In this document: positions 49,287 to 60,500 of the stretch, in pieces
Position numbering within the stretch: position 1 is the stretch's first letter
Layout: the number at the start of each line of letters is the position of its first letter
DNA from: an uncultured Clostridia bacterium
Lineage (GTDB): Bacteria; Bacillota; Clostridia; TANB77; CAG-508
Assembly: GCA_944387545.1 (NCBI GenBank)
Contig: CALXFE010000004.1
Span: forward strand, 6,562-70,561
DNA: 64,000 nucleotides
Reading direction: 5' to 3'
Translations under genes and position numbers: made by a program
Notes under the pieces: model-generated
Databases searched by the model: none
Seen by the model: only the letters and a program-made list of their open reading frames with translations
What the model was told of the DNA's origin: nothing

Positions 49287-50187
49287 TTAAATAAAAAAAT
49301 AACTTTTTATTATTCCAGGAATAAATAGTAAAATATATAACAATTTATTACTAAAATTTTTAATGTTTCTTATTGTATATTGTTTTGTCAAATAGCTAAA
49401 TAAAATATAATGTTTCATAACATACAATCTCTTTTTAAAAGGAACACCAATCATATCATGCTGTTCTAATATTTCTTTAAAATAAGCCAAATGACCATAT
49501 GGATTTTGTTTAAAAATCTTTTTGATATTTTTCGTATATCCATCTTCTTTGTAATCACAAAGCATGATTGGTTTATTGATACATTTCATTTTATATTTTA
49601 AATCCATTTCATGATACATTCTAGCCTCTGTTGAAAACTTTTCATGATTCTCAATTTTGTAATAATATTGTTTCCTGATATTGGCAAAAAATACAATGGC
49701 TTTTTCTCCAGTTTCTCCGCTCTTTAAAATATAAGTCAAACATGGTCGTTTCTTCTTTTTTGAATAACTTTCCTATATTATTCCCGTTTAAATCATATTT
49801 TAAAAAACATATACCATACAAATCTTTTCTTTCTTTCGTTTCACGATAAGCTTGCAAAATATCATAAAACGCATTTTCTGAAAAGATATCATCAGAATCA
49901 CATTCTACAATCATGTCTCCTTCTGCATATTTTATCACATTGTTAATGGCGGACATTTTCCCTTGATTTTCTTGTTTGTGGTATTGGACTTCAAATTTAT
50001 TTTCATTTATACATTGCTCTACAAATTTAGAAGTCTTATCTGTTGACCCATCATCCATAACAAGCCACTGAATCTGCATATTTGTTTGTATTTCTTCATT
50101 TTGTTCTATATTTTTAACAATACTTGTATATAAATTACCAAGCATTTCTGCCCTATTATATGTTGGTGTAATAATGGATAATTTCAT
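49287..50187 (-). pseudogene. GT2 glycosyltransferase split into two overlapping frames (frameshift in 49651-49739).
   Basis: The ORF at 49651-50187 holds the GT2 N-terminal half (LSIITPTYNR...ECDSDD). The ORF at 49287-49739 holds the C-terminal half in another frame. The overlap contains A6 and T5 runs. Confidence 0.5.
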
Positions 50188-50188
50188 A

Positions 50189-51296
50189 TTATTCTTCCTT
50201 TAATAAATTTTCTAATTTTCCTATTATATCTTCATTATGATATTCGTTTTCTTCTTTTCCAAAACTTTTTATATTATTTTCTATAATATATTTTAATTTG
50301 TTATAGATTTCATGTTCATCATTTTCTACAATGATGGCATTTTTATAATTTTCAACTGCTTCTCTTGCCGCTGTATTTGTTATAATAATTGGTTTATTTA
50401 ATATTTTTGCTTCTTCTAATACCATTCCATATCCTTCGAATTTGGAAAGTAAGCAAAATATATCTGCTTGTTTCATATAAGGATATGGGTTTTCTTTTGC
50501 ACCTAATAAGATAAATGTTTTTTCCAAATGCTCTTCTTGAATTAATTTTTCTAGCTTTTCTTTTTCTGGTCCATCACCAATGATGTAAAATTTATGATTA
50601 TAATGGTTAGCCATCAATTCTCTATGAATACGAATTAATCTATCAATGCCTTTTTGTTCAACCAATCTTGCTACTGTCAAGAAATTCATTTGTTCATTTT
50701 CAAAAGTAAAATCTATTGGTTCTTCTGATTTTTCTAAAACATTTTGCGAATCAATATAATTATATATAATCATTTCTGAAGGTTTCATATTTTTATATTG
50801 CCTATCAAAACTTTCTTTATTATCCTTACTAACAAATACCAATTTTTGATATTGATTATAAATCTTTTGATCTATGATTCGTTTGATTTTTGCTTTTATA
50901 TTATTTCCATAAACTTTTGCAATATCATTATGAATCCATGCTATTTTTTTCGTTTCTTTATTTTTGGTACTAAAAAGTCTTGTAATTGGTCCTTCTAAAA
51001 ACGCAATCTCTTTATCATAATTGCCTTTTATATATTTGTTATAATACTGTTTTTGAAATAATAATATTTTTAATGGTATCATTATTTTTTGAAACTTAGT
51101 TAATTGTATATATGAAATATCAAATATTCTTTTTAATTTAATCTTACTATTTAATTTTTTTTCTAGTTCACCATTCCCATATATCGTAAATATCGTAATT
51201 TCAAATGTATCACATAATTTATTTGCTATATCTACTAGCACTCTTTCTGCTCCTCCGAAGGGTTAAACTGGTTATTCCAAATAGTATTTTTTTCAT
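50189..51296 (-). CDS. GT4-family glycosyltransferase. An apparent +1 frameshift separates the first 12 codons from the body.
   Basis: ATG at 51294-51296 encodes MKKILFGITSLT. A frame change within the GGG run at 51260-51262 precedes GGAERVLVDIANKL... Removing one C/G restores the canonical N-terminus. The EX7E region EGYGMVLEEA is present. Confidence 0.65.
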
Positions 51297-51373
51297 GTTT
51301 TATATCTCCTAATATAATTTCAGATTAAAAAATTTAAATTTGGCAAAGATAAAATTGTAATGATTTTTCAATC

Positions 51374-52360
51374 TTAAACAAATTTTTCTTGTAGTTTGTC
51401 TCTTATCCATTTCATTCTGGCTAAACGTGTATATATTTTTAACGTAAATTTGTTTACAGTTTTCATATATACATTTTTTAATCCTTTTTCTTTTAAGTAT
51501 ATATTTTCCTTCCAACCCGGAAATTGCATATTTAATGATTTCCATGCCAGGTGGATAATTTCTTTTCTTTCCTTTTTATTTTCTATCATAACCATTCTAA
51601 GCATTGAACTGCACAAAATATATCTTGCATAAACATACTCTATTGGTTCTTTATATTCTGCAAATAGATTATTTGTTTTATAATAATCTATGACATGTCC
51701 TAAAACATCAATAATTTCTTTTGTTCTAGCATTTTGTACGTTCGAAATAGAATTTTCTCTTTGTACATAATGAATAAATGGTTTTTCAACAATCCCATAT
51801 GTATTTATGTGTGGCAATAACTTATAAAAAAATTCAACATCTTCATAACGGTAGCCTTTTGGAAATTCAATTTTATTCTCTTGTATAATTTCTCTTTTAA
51901 TTAATTTGTTCCATGCAACCACTCTTGTATGAATAAACATTTCTTTTTTATTTTCATATACTTTTCCTTTGCTTTCTAAAACCTTATCTGGATACTCCCA
52001 TAAAAAATCACATTCCACATAGTCTAGATTTTCCGCTTTTGCCTTATTGTACATTTCTTCATACATAATCATTTCTGCATAATCATCAGAATCTAAAAAA
52101 GCAATATATTCTCCTCTCGCTTTTGGTATTGCATAATTTCTAGCATCTGATAATCCGCCATTTTCTTTTTCTAAGTAGATAATCTTATCCGGATACTTTT
52201 TCGCAAATTTTTTAGCAATTTCTTCTGATTTATCTTTGCTTCCATCATTAACAAGTATAATCTCTATATCTTCTAAGGTTTGCGTTACTAAAGATTGCAA
52301 ACATTTTTCTATATAATTTTCGACATTATAAAATGGAACAATAACACTAACCTTTATCAT
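51374..52360 (-). CDS. GT2-family glycosyltransferase.
   Basis: VSVIVPFYNVENYI...LVNDGSKDKS, DSDD. Confidence 0.8.
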   Translation of the reverse strand: MIKVSVIVPFYNVENYIEKCLQSLVTQTLEDIEIILVNDGSKDKSEEIAKKFAKKYPDKIIYLEKENGGLSDARNYAIPKARGEYIAFLDSDDYAEMIMYEEMYNKAKAENLDYVECDFLWEYPDKVLESKGKVYENKKEMFIHTRVVAWNKLIKREIIQENKIEFPKGYRYEDVEFFYKLLPHINTYGIVEKPFIHYVQRENSISNVQNARTKEIIDVLGHVIDYYKTNNLFAEYKEPIEYVYARYILCSSMLRMVMIENKKERKEIIHLAWKSLNMQFPGWKENIYLKEKGLKNVYMKTVNKFTLKIYTRLARMKWIRDKLQEKFV

Positions 52361-53331
52361 GATTTAACCTTTCTTCTTAAATTTAAATACCATTTTATAT
52401 TTAAACTTAAGATTAATTTTCTTAAAGACTGTTTTGCATTTTTTGCTTTAATATTTTTTGTCATTTTTCTTCTTCTAATTTCTTTTATATATTTTCTTTG
52501 ATCTTTTTTATTTAATGTTTCTGTTTTTAATAAAATGGCATTTGTATAATACGTTTTTAAAATTTCTGCTATATGTTTGTTTAATTTATATTTCTCTATT
52601 TTTATTAAAGCTTCATCATATTGTTTTAAGGCATCATATGCTTTTTTCTTTGTCTTTTCATAATTATCATTTCTTGTAATACTATTTTCTACTTGTACAT
52701 AATGATAGCCATAAAAATTAATCGAAATCATGGTTTTCGCAAGAACTATCACAAATGGCATTAATCCAAAATCCTCGTGTTCTGTTCCGACTTTAAATTC
52801 TAATTTGTTTTTGGTAAATATCTCTTTTTTTATGACATATACACAAGGAGAATCTAGCAAAACATCTGTGGCATACAGTTCTTCGAACCCTTCTTCTCCT
52901 GTTTTATCTTCAAAAACAGGTCCATCCACTTTTTCTATTACGTTTCCTTTCGCATCTTCTCTTTGTAATTTGAATTTAATTAAGTCTATATCTTTTTCCA
53001 TATATTGTTTTATCAAGCCATATAAATGGATATCTAAATAATCATCCGCATCTAAAAATAGGATGTATTGTCCTTTTGCTTTTTGAATACCATAGTTTCT
53101 GGTATCTGCTACACCAGTATTTTTCTTTTTATAATAGGAAATCACTTTAGGATTTTTTTCTTTATATTCTTGCACAATTTTATCTGATGAATCTGTACTC
53201 CCATCATTAACTAATACAATTTCTATATCTTCATCTTTTTGCTTTAATACAGAATCTATACATTTTTTTAATGTTTTTTCCCCGTTATATACAGGAATAA
53301 TGACACTTAATTTTTTCACAATTTTCTCCAT
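52357..53331 (-). CDS. GT2-family glycosyltransferase.
   Basis: LSVIIPVYNGEKTL...LVNDGSTDSS, DADD. Confidence 0.8.
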   Translation of the reverse strand: MEKIVKKLSVIIPVYNGEKTLKKCIDSVLKQKDEDIEIVLVNDGSTDSSDKIVQEYKEKNPKVISYYKKKNTGVADTRNYGIQKAKGQYILFLDADDYLDIHLYGLIKQYMEKDIDLIKFKLQREDAKGNVIEKVDGPVFEDKTGEEGFEELYATDVLLDSPCVYVIKKEIFTKNKLEFKVGTEHEDFGLMPFVIVLAKTMISINFYGYHYVQVENSITRNDNYEKTKKKAYDALKQYDEALIKIEKYKLNKHIAEILKTYYTNAILLKTETLNKKDQRKYIKEIRRRKMTKNIKAKNAKQSLRKLILSLNIKWYLNLRRKVKS

Positions 53332-53339
53332 CTTTCTTT

Positions 53340-54434
53340 TTAAAATATTGTTTCTAATATTTTTAATATTTCTTGATTATATGTTTCATCATCAAATGGT
53401 TCTTTTATTTCATACCCATTTTGTATAAATTCTTTCATTGCTGTATATATTGCTTCTGAATTTTTCTCTACGACTATGCCTCTTCCCTTTTCTACTTGCT
53501 CATAGTCAGATACTTTTGTTGTAATAATTGGCTTATTTAATACAAAGCTTTCTAAATATACAACAGGATATCCTTCATATTCAGAAGATAAGATAATACA
53601 ATCACTTAACTTAAAATATGGATATGGATTTTCTCTTCTTCCTAAGAAGAGGATCGTCTCTTCTAAGTTATATTCTTTTACTTTTTGTTTATACAAATCC
53701 GTATCTTGTCCATCACCAATAAATATTACTTTAAATGAATAATTTTCTTCTTTTAATTTTTTAGAAGCTTCTATAATTCTTGTTAATTTTTTTTGTCTTT
53801 CGTCATGTCTTCCTACATTTAAGAAAATAGGGATATCTTCTTTTTTTATATCTTCTATAAGTTTCTCTGTTATCGGTTCTTTAGATTTTTCAATAATCCC
53901 TTTACCATCAATGATATTATTACAAGTGATAACTTTATCTTTTAAATCAGGGAAAAGCTTTATAAAGCTATTTGCTCCCTCTTTCGATACAAATACAATA
54001 TGTCTAAATTTTTCACAATCTACATTTTGAAAGAATTGTTTTGTTTCTTCTTGGTTTTCATGATATAGAGTCAAATAATTTGCATGGCACCATAAAGCAG
54101 AATTTTTAGAAGCGGTTCTTGCCATAAAACTACTTGCTAAAGAATAGGTAGCAAAACTTGCTGAAAAATCAAATTGATTTTTGTATTTTGTAATAAATTT
54201 TAATCTATTCACTAAATTACAAAGTTTTCTTACAACAGTATTTTTATTATTGTTTGTGTTATATTCTATAATTTTAATTTCTTTATACAGTCTTTCTAAA
54301 AAGACACCTTCTTTTTTTTCTAATGCAATCGTTACATCATATCCTTTTTCTGATAAGTAATTTGCTAATGTAACTAGTGCTGTTTCTATTCCACCTAAGT
54401 CTAAATTATGTGCTGCAAATAATAATTTTTTCAT
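53340..54434 (-). CDS. GT4-family glycosyltransferase.
   Basis: N-terminal LGGIETALVTLANYL and C-terminal EGYPVVYLESFVLNKPIITT. Confidence 0.8.
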   Translation of the reverse strand: MKKLLFAAHNLDLGGIETALVTLANYLSEKGYDVTIALEKKEGVFLERLYKEIKIIEYNTNNNKNTVVRKLCNLVNRLKFITKYKNQFDFSASFATYSLASSFMARTASKNSALWCHANYLTLYHENQEETKQFFQNVDCEKFRHIVFVSKEGANSFIKLFPDLKDKVITCNNIIDGKGIIEKSKEPITEKLIEDIKKEDIPIFLNVGRHDERQKKLTRIIEASKKLKEENYSFKVIFIGDGQDTDLYKQKVKEYNLEETILFLGRRENPYPYFKLSDCIILSSEYEGYPVVYLESFVLNKPIITTKVSDYEQVEKGRGIVVEKNSEAIYTAMKEFIQNGYEIKEPFDDETYNQEILKILETIF

Positions 54435-54552
54435 TAAAAAATTCTCCTCTATTTTTAGACATTATTTTCCTCATTATCTTATCATTATATTGGTTTTTTT
54501 GCAAGTAAAAAGCAGTTTTTTAGCTAAGCTAATTAACTGCTTTTTCTAATCT

Positions 54553-54879
54553 TTATTCATTAAAAAAACTATATGTTTTTCCATCAATCGTTATTCTATA
54601 GCTATCTGTAAATTTATTTGTATAACCATAATATATTATATCTTTCGTATCTGTGTTCTCTACATTTTTTGAAAAATTATTAAATTCTGTATTTACGTTA
54701 TCTGTTATACTTGACAGATTTTTATTAGCTTCAACGAGTGATTGATATAGTATTATGTAATAATCATTTGAATTTTTATAATTATATACTATTATACTAG
54801 AGTCATTGCAATATGACTTTTCTTTTTTTGTTTTTCTTTTATCCACCATGGTAATATCTCCTACACCCATCTTCTTCAT
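54553..54879 (-). CDS. Small protein sharing a C-terminal motif with the RHS-adjacent membrane protein (orphan immunity-like cassette).
   Basis: Its C-terminus ...YRITIDGKTYSFFNE parallels ...YTITINGKTYKFFNE in the ORF at 56872-57504. Confidence 0.4.
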   Translation of the reverse strand: MKKMGVGDITMVDKRKTKKEKSYCNDSSIIVYNYKNSNDYYIILYQSLVEANKNLSSITDNVNTEFNNFSKNVENTDTKDIIYYGYTNKFTDSYRITIDGKTYSFFNE

Positions 54880-55001
54880 ACTCTTTCAAAATGTTCCTGT
54901 ATTTTTATCCCCTTTTTGAGTCTTTTATTTTTGCTTTTATTTACCAAAGAATAATTTTATGTTAATTGTTTTCTTTCTTTATTTTATATTGTAAGTCTTT
55001 T

Positions 55002-55298
55002 TTATAATATTGTCATTGTTTTCGCTAAAACCCATCCTGTCAGTCCTGATGAAGAATTAATTATATAATACTTCTCTCTTTTTTCTTTTATCACTTCTCT
55101 TCCTTCATATTCATCTATATTAAATATAATGCTGTCAGGCATTGCCATTTCAAAATAATGAACTAATACTCCGTCGAATTTTATTAAGATTTTTTCTTTG
55201 TGGTAATTAACTGTTTCCATCACAATTTCTTCTTTTTCAAAATCAACTGTATATTTAATAATTATATTATCGTGTATATCTTTTCCTATCTTTATCAC
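55002..55298 (-). CDS. Hypothetical small protein (candidate orphan immunity gene).
   Basis: ORF of 98 aa in the array downstream of the RHS toxin. Confidence 0.3.
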   Translation of the reverse strand: MIKIGKDIHDNIIIKYTVDFEKEEIVMETVNYHKEKILIKFDGVLVHYFEMAMPDSIIFNIDEYEGREVIKEKREKYYIINSSSGLTGWVLAKTMTIL

Positions 55299-55352
55299 CT
55301 CTTCCTACTTATTTATCGTTTTAGTATCGTCTGTTTTTCATATTAACATTTT

Positions 55353-55766
55353 TTATCCTTCCATAGTGACATTATTATTCTTATCAGTTATATACTTTAT
55401 ATTTTTAAATTTATTTTGCTTTGCATTTAACTCTATCTTATTTAAAATTTCTTTATCTTTTACATAAACACAAACATCTATGCCATCAATTATTAATATT
55501 ATGAATTCACACTCACTATCTAAGAATTCTTCATATGTTTTTATTTTATTAATTTTAGAACCTTTTTTGTATATATGTATATTAGCAAATATTGCATAAT
55601 ATGGATTTTTAGATATTAGTTTATTAAAATCTTCTCCATTTATAATATTCTCTATAAGTAGCTGTTTATCGTTTTCCATCCATATCTCGTTATCATCATT
55701 TATTTCAAAAACATAATTTTCCAAATTTATATTTTTTAGTATATCTCTCTTAATATATATCCCCAT
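55353..55766 (-). CDS. Hypothetical small protein (candidate orphan immunity gene).
   Basis: ORF of 137 aa in the array downstream of the RHS toxin. Confidence 0.3.
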   Translation of the reverse strand: MGIYIKRDILKNINLENYVFEINDDNEIWMENDKQLLIENIINGEDFNKLISKNPYYAIFANIHIYKKGSKINKIKTYEEFLDSECEFIILIIDGIDVCVYVKDKEILNKIELNAKQNKFKNIKYITDKNNNVTMEG

Positions 55767-55966
55767 TTATTTGGTATTTCAAATTGTATTCCTCTTATCA
55801 TTTTAACCTCTTTTATCTGAATCTTTGTATTTTTATTTTCTCTATTCTTTAATATCTTTATATTTATTTATAATTTTTTCTATTCACTTATGAATAAATC
55901 ATCTTTTACAGAGAATTGTATCAAAACGATACAATTCTCTTTTTCACTATTCATTTTTATCTACAT

Positions 55967-56842
55967 TCATTCAATATCTTCAATCAGATTTCCTTTTTTC
56001 TTTTCTCTTTCTAATGCTTCTAAGATACTAATATCAAAATTATATATATTATAAAAGCTTCTTCCTAATCCTTTTTCTTCAATTAGTTTTTGAGAATATG
56101 TATCTTTCTGTTCATTCATTAAAACTTCTATGTTTAATTTTTTTAGTTCTCTTTTTGATGGATGAAATACTCCAATATATTTTTCTATTTCTCTATTCTC
56201 CCCATCCATAAATTCATCTAGCATAATTATTTTTAATTTCTTTATTGTTTTTATATCTGGTCTTTTGTTTCCTATCCAATTATATAGACTTAATATATCT
56301 TCTTCATAATAATATATATCTCTTGGTAAACTTCCTAAGTATAATTTTTCCTTTCCTACTACTTTTAGTAAAATATATTTTCCATACCATTTATGACCTT
56401 CTAATTCCTTGTTCAATATTTGATATAATAAGACATCTCCTGCTTTCCAATATGCTCTATAAAATTTTATTTTTGTTACTTTCTTTTCTGGTGGTTGTTC
56501 TGAATTTAATCTTTCTCTTAATGCTTCTAATACCTTTTTACGTTTTTCACATAGTTTTTCATCTTCTTCTCTCCATTTTTCTAAATCTACTCCTGAATCT
56601 ATACATTCTATTGCCTTTTCTTTTATTTTATCTAGTAATCTTCCATATTTCCATTGTGTATCTGCTAATGCAAACCATAATAATGCTCCTTCATCTTCAT
56701 ACTCAAAACACCAATTATTTTCTTCTATAATTTTCCTTGTTGCCTCTTCATTTGTCATTCCGATTTTTAAATATGTTATATAATCATCTTTTATATCACA
56801 GGTTGTATCATCTTGATACAACCCTGTTCCCCATGCTCCCAT
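55967..56842 (-). CDS. DUF4259-like predicted immunity protein.
   Basis: The N-terminus MGAWGTGLYQDDTTCDIKDDY matches the MGAWG.G.F.ND signature of the DUF4259 immunity family. Confidence 0.4.
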   Translation of the reverse strand: MGAWGTGLYQDDTTCDIKDDYITYLKIGMTNEEATRKIIEENNWCFEYEDEGALLWFALADTQWKYGRLLDKIKEKAIECIDSGVDLEKWREEDEKLCEKRKKVLEALRERLNSEQPPEKKVTKIKFYRAYWKAGDVLLYQILNKELEGHKWYGKYILLKVVGKEKLYLGSLPRDIYYYEEDILSLYNWIGNKRPDIKTIKKLKIIMLDEFMDGENREIEKYIGVFHPSKRELKKLNIEVLMNEQKDTYSQKLIEEKGLGRSFYNIYNFDISILEALEREKKKGNLIEDIE

Positions 56843-56871
56843 GTTTTTAACTCCTTTTTAACTTTTTTATT

Positions 56872-57504
56872 TTATTCATTAAAAAACTTATACGTTTTTC
56901 CATTAATTGTTATTGTATAATTTGAATCAAAACTATTTAGATATGCACCATATTCATAGTATGTACTTTCATTATCTAATTTTCTTGAAAACTGTTCAAA
57001 TTGTGAATCTTTATTATCATATATATTGTATATTTTTTTGTTTTCAGTATTTGCCCTATAAAAGAGTGTTACATAATATTCTTCTTTGTATTTATATACT
57101 ATTATACTAATTCCATCACAATCAGATATTAAAGCATGTTTTAAAAAAAGACTATTTCCAATTTTCCATCCATTTTCGCTTTTTATTGCAATCATACATG
57201 AAGTTGTTGAATTATCTATAACTGTTAAACCTAAGCTTGAATCTTTGCCATCTACAATTCCCAAAATTTCTCCTTTACTCATATATTCAAAAACTTTTTC
57301 TGGAGTTTTAAAAGTATAAAACAAATTCTCAACTGATAGAAAGTATGATAAAGATAATATAACTCCCCAAATAATTACAAATATAATTGCAGTATTTCTT
57401 TTTATTTTTTTCTTCTTTCTTTTACAAATCACTAAAAATATTATCAGTATTATAATAAAAATTATTGTTCTTATAGTAGAATACATTTCTTCTCCTCCAT
57501 TCAT
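56872..57504 (-). CDS. Membrane-anchored protein immediately downstream of the RHS toxin (cognate immunity candidate).
   Basis: N-terminal TM (IRTIIFIIILIIFLVIC). Its stop is 1 nt from the RHS gene end and its C-terminal motif matches the ORF at 54553. Confidence 0.45.
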   Translation of the reverse strand: MNGGEEMYSTIRTIIFIIILIIFLVICKRKKKKIKRNTAIIFVIIWGVILSLSYFLSVENLFYTFKTPEKVFEYMSKGEILGIVDGKDSSLGLTVIDNSTTSCMIAIKSENGWKIGNSLFLKHALISDCDGISIIVYKYKEEYYVTLFYRANTENKKIYNIYDNKDSQFEQFSRKLDNESTYYEYGAYLNSFDSNYTITINGKTYKFFNE

Positions 57505-60500
57505 CTAGTATGCTGGTTGTAAGTTCCAACTTCCTGTAGTATATAAAGCGTATAATCCTATTAAAAATCCTCCACTTATACTCGTATTGGCATATGTTGA
57601 ATCCAAAATATTTTCATCAATTTGAATTTCACTTTCCGCTTCAAACCCAATTTTAAATTTTGTAATATCTAAAACTATGCCTGCAGTACTAGTAGTATCT
57701 CCATTATTAATTGAAAATTTTAATGATGTATTATCTAATCCTAGACTTAAATCTAATGTAGTTCTTGAAATATTAAATTTTATTCCTATGTTTGAAGATT
57801 TAGGAGATTTTACTACTCCATTAGCATAAACTGATATCAATTTAGATGAGTCTCCTTTTTTCGAACTAACAGTACTTTTTCTATATCCCGTTTCTACAGA
57901 TATTGGTGAATACTTAGGAGTATGTATAATTGTCTCTTTTTCTAATACTGTTACTTGTGAAGAAACTCCAAACCATCCTGCTACTGTTTTACATATCTTT
58001 TTAAAGAAATTTATAACTCCTGTAAAAAAATGTCCTTCAATATCAATTCTATTAATTGGATTATTCTGACAATATGCATACATATTTTTATCCAATAAAC
58101 CTTGACCAGTTTGAAGATAAGCGTCTGCATTGATAAACCTTCCTATCTCTGGATTATAATATCTACTCTGTAAATAATATAAACCTGTTTCTGTGTCATA
58201 TCTGTACCCTCTGTATCTGTATGGATTTTTATAGCCTATGTGATTCGCATTATTGGTTACATCATTTCCTTCTCCATCCTTGATGCTGATTAGTTTTCCC
58301 CATGTATCATATGTATAACTAACTATTTGATTTAGGTTGTTATCTAATATACCTATAATATCATTTTGTCCATTTCGTATGTAGTAATATTGTTCATTAT
58401 TTAATTGAAATCCAATTAGATTTTGACTATCATCATATTGGTAATAGATTGTATCGTTTCCTTTGGTTTCATAAATAACGATTTCTCCATCTAAATGATA
58501 CGCTGTTGTTTCTCCGTTAACTGTCTTTTCTGTTCTAATACCATCATCTGTATATTTATAGGTTATGTTTAGTCCTTTTTCTGTATTTTGTATACCTGCT
58601 AATTCCCTTCCATTTTGCCATGTGTAAGTATTTCCATCATATGTTAATGGATTTCCAATAGCATCATATGTAATTTGTTTTCCATTATATGTAGTTAATT
58701 GGTCTTTCCAGTTTGCATTATTATATATATATTCAATAACTTTAGTTGGTTGTGTTGTAATATCTCCTTCTGTATAGGCATATTCTTTTTTGTTTAAGAT
58801 ATTTCCACCTGTATCATATTCATAGATAATTGTTTTTTCTTGTTCTTTATTATCTTCTCTTGTTAATTGTCCTAATCCATCATATTGATATTTTGCAAGA
58901 AATTCATTTCCATTTTTAATGGTTTCAATATATCCCATATTATTATATGTATAGTGGATTGCTTCATTGTTTCCATTTTTGATACTTTCTAATATAGTTG
59001 TTGTTTTGTTTGGTGTTTCTGTATTTTTATATTCATATTGTGTTGTATAGGTTCCTTTTTCATTTATGATGTTTTTACTTGTTCCTCTTGCTAATCTATC
59101 ATAATTTATTTTTACGACACTATTGTTAAATAGAATACTATTGATGTTATTATCACTATCAAAATTATGATTCATGATATTGGTTTTATCATTTAGTTTA
59201 TATTCTGTTTTGTTTATATTACTATTATCATCATATTCATATAAAATTGTCAAGCCCTTATTATTTTCTGCTTTTGTCATTCTATTAGCTAAATCATAGC
59301 TATAATTTGTTGTAATGCCAGTTGTATTGTCTTTTATCGTTTTTAGATTTGATTTTGCATCATAATTAAATTCTATATTTCCTGTTGTTTTTTCTTTTTT
59401 TATAATTCTATTAAATCTATCATATTGATATTTTACATTTTGATTATTTCCATAAGTAGATTGCAGTAAATTTCCATTTTTGCTATCATATATTGTAGTT
59501 TTTAAACTCTGATTTCCAAGTTTTATATCTTTTACATTTCCATATCCATCATATACAAATTCATATGTGATTCCATTATGTTTAATTGTTTTTATATTAT
59601 CATTTTCATAGGTATATTGATTTGTATATGTTTTTTCTCCTACTTGCTTTGAAACTTGTGTTGTTAAATCTGTATTTGCATCATAACTATAAATGGTTTC
59701 TCCATTATTAGAATCAATTTCTTTTGTTACCAATCCTTTATTTTCATCATATACATAATTTGTTTCATTTCCAGCCTCATCTGTTTGTTTTGCTAAATAT
59801 CTACCATCTTCTGAATATGTTCCTGTTGTTTCTATATATTTTTTCTCTTCTGAGGGTATCACTTCTTCTAAAAAGAATTGTTGTGCAGCACTATTATTAA
59901 TACTCCATGACCATATTTTTACACCACTACTTGTTGAAGCATCTTCTACATCTAAACATCTTTTTCCATTTGTTAGTCTTGGTTTTATAGCAAAACTTCC
60001 ATCTCCTACTGGAACAAATTCAAATTCTTGAGCCGAATTTTCTCCTTTTTCTCCCCATTCTCTATATATATTTACAGCTGTTCCTTCTGCCGGGTTCGCA
60101 TTATCTATATCCATTACTTTTGTTTTATCTGCTTTTGACACAATTTTATAATATCCATTATTTAGTTTTTTTAATATCCATCTCTGACTATTCTCATCAT
60201 TGCTATCTTGCTGTTCCAATTTATTATTATTAACCCCAATATATTTTCCACTATGTTTTGCTCTAATTTTATACGTTGCACCTGCATCTATATCAACTAA
60301 ATCTGCTTTTTCCAAATAAAAACTTTGATTTGCTCCCCCTGTTATATCATATATAGTTCCTTTTGCACCTATATCCGTGGTATTATTTTGAATTGTTATT
60401 GCTCTTTCTGTTCCACTCAATTTACTTCTAATTGAATATGTATTATTGCCATTGTTTACTAGTTTCCATTCTTGTGATAAATTGTTTTCTGAACTTTCAT

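Noticed and set aside
51309-51545. 78-aa ORF overlapping the 3' end of the GT2 gene at 51374-52360.
   Set aside because: It overlaps a strongly supported GT2 CDS on the same strand in a different frame, and no independent signal supports it.
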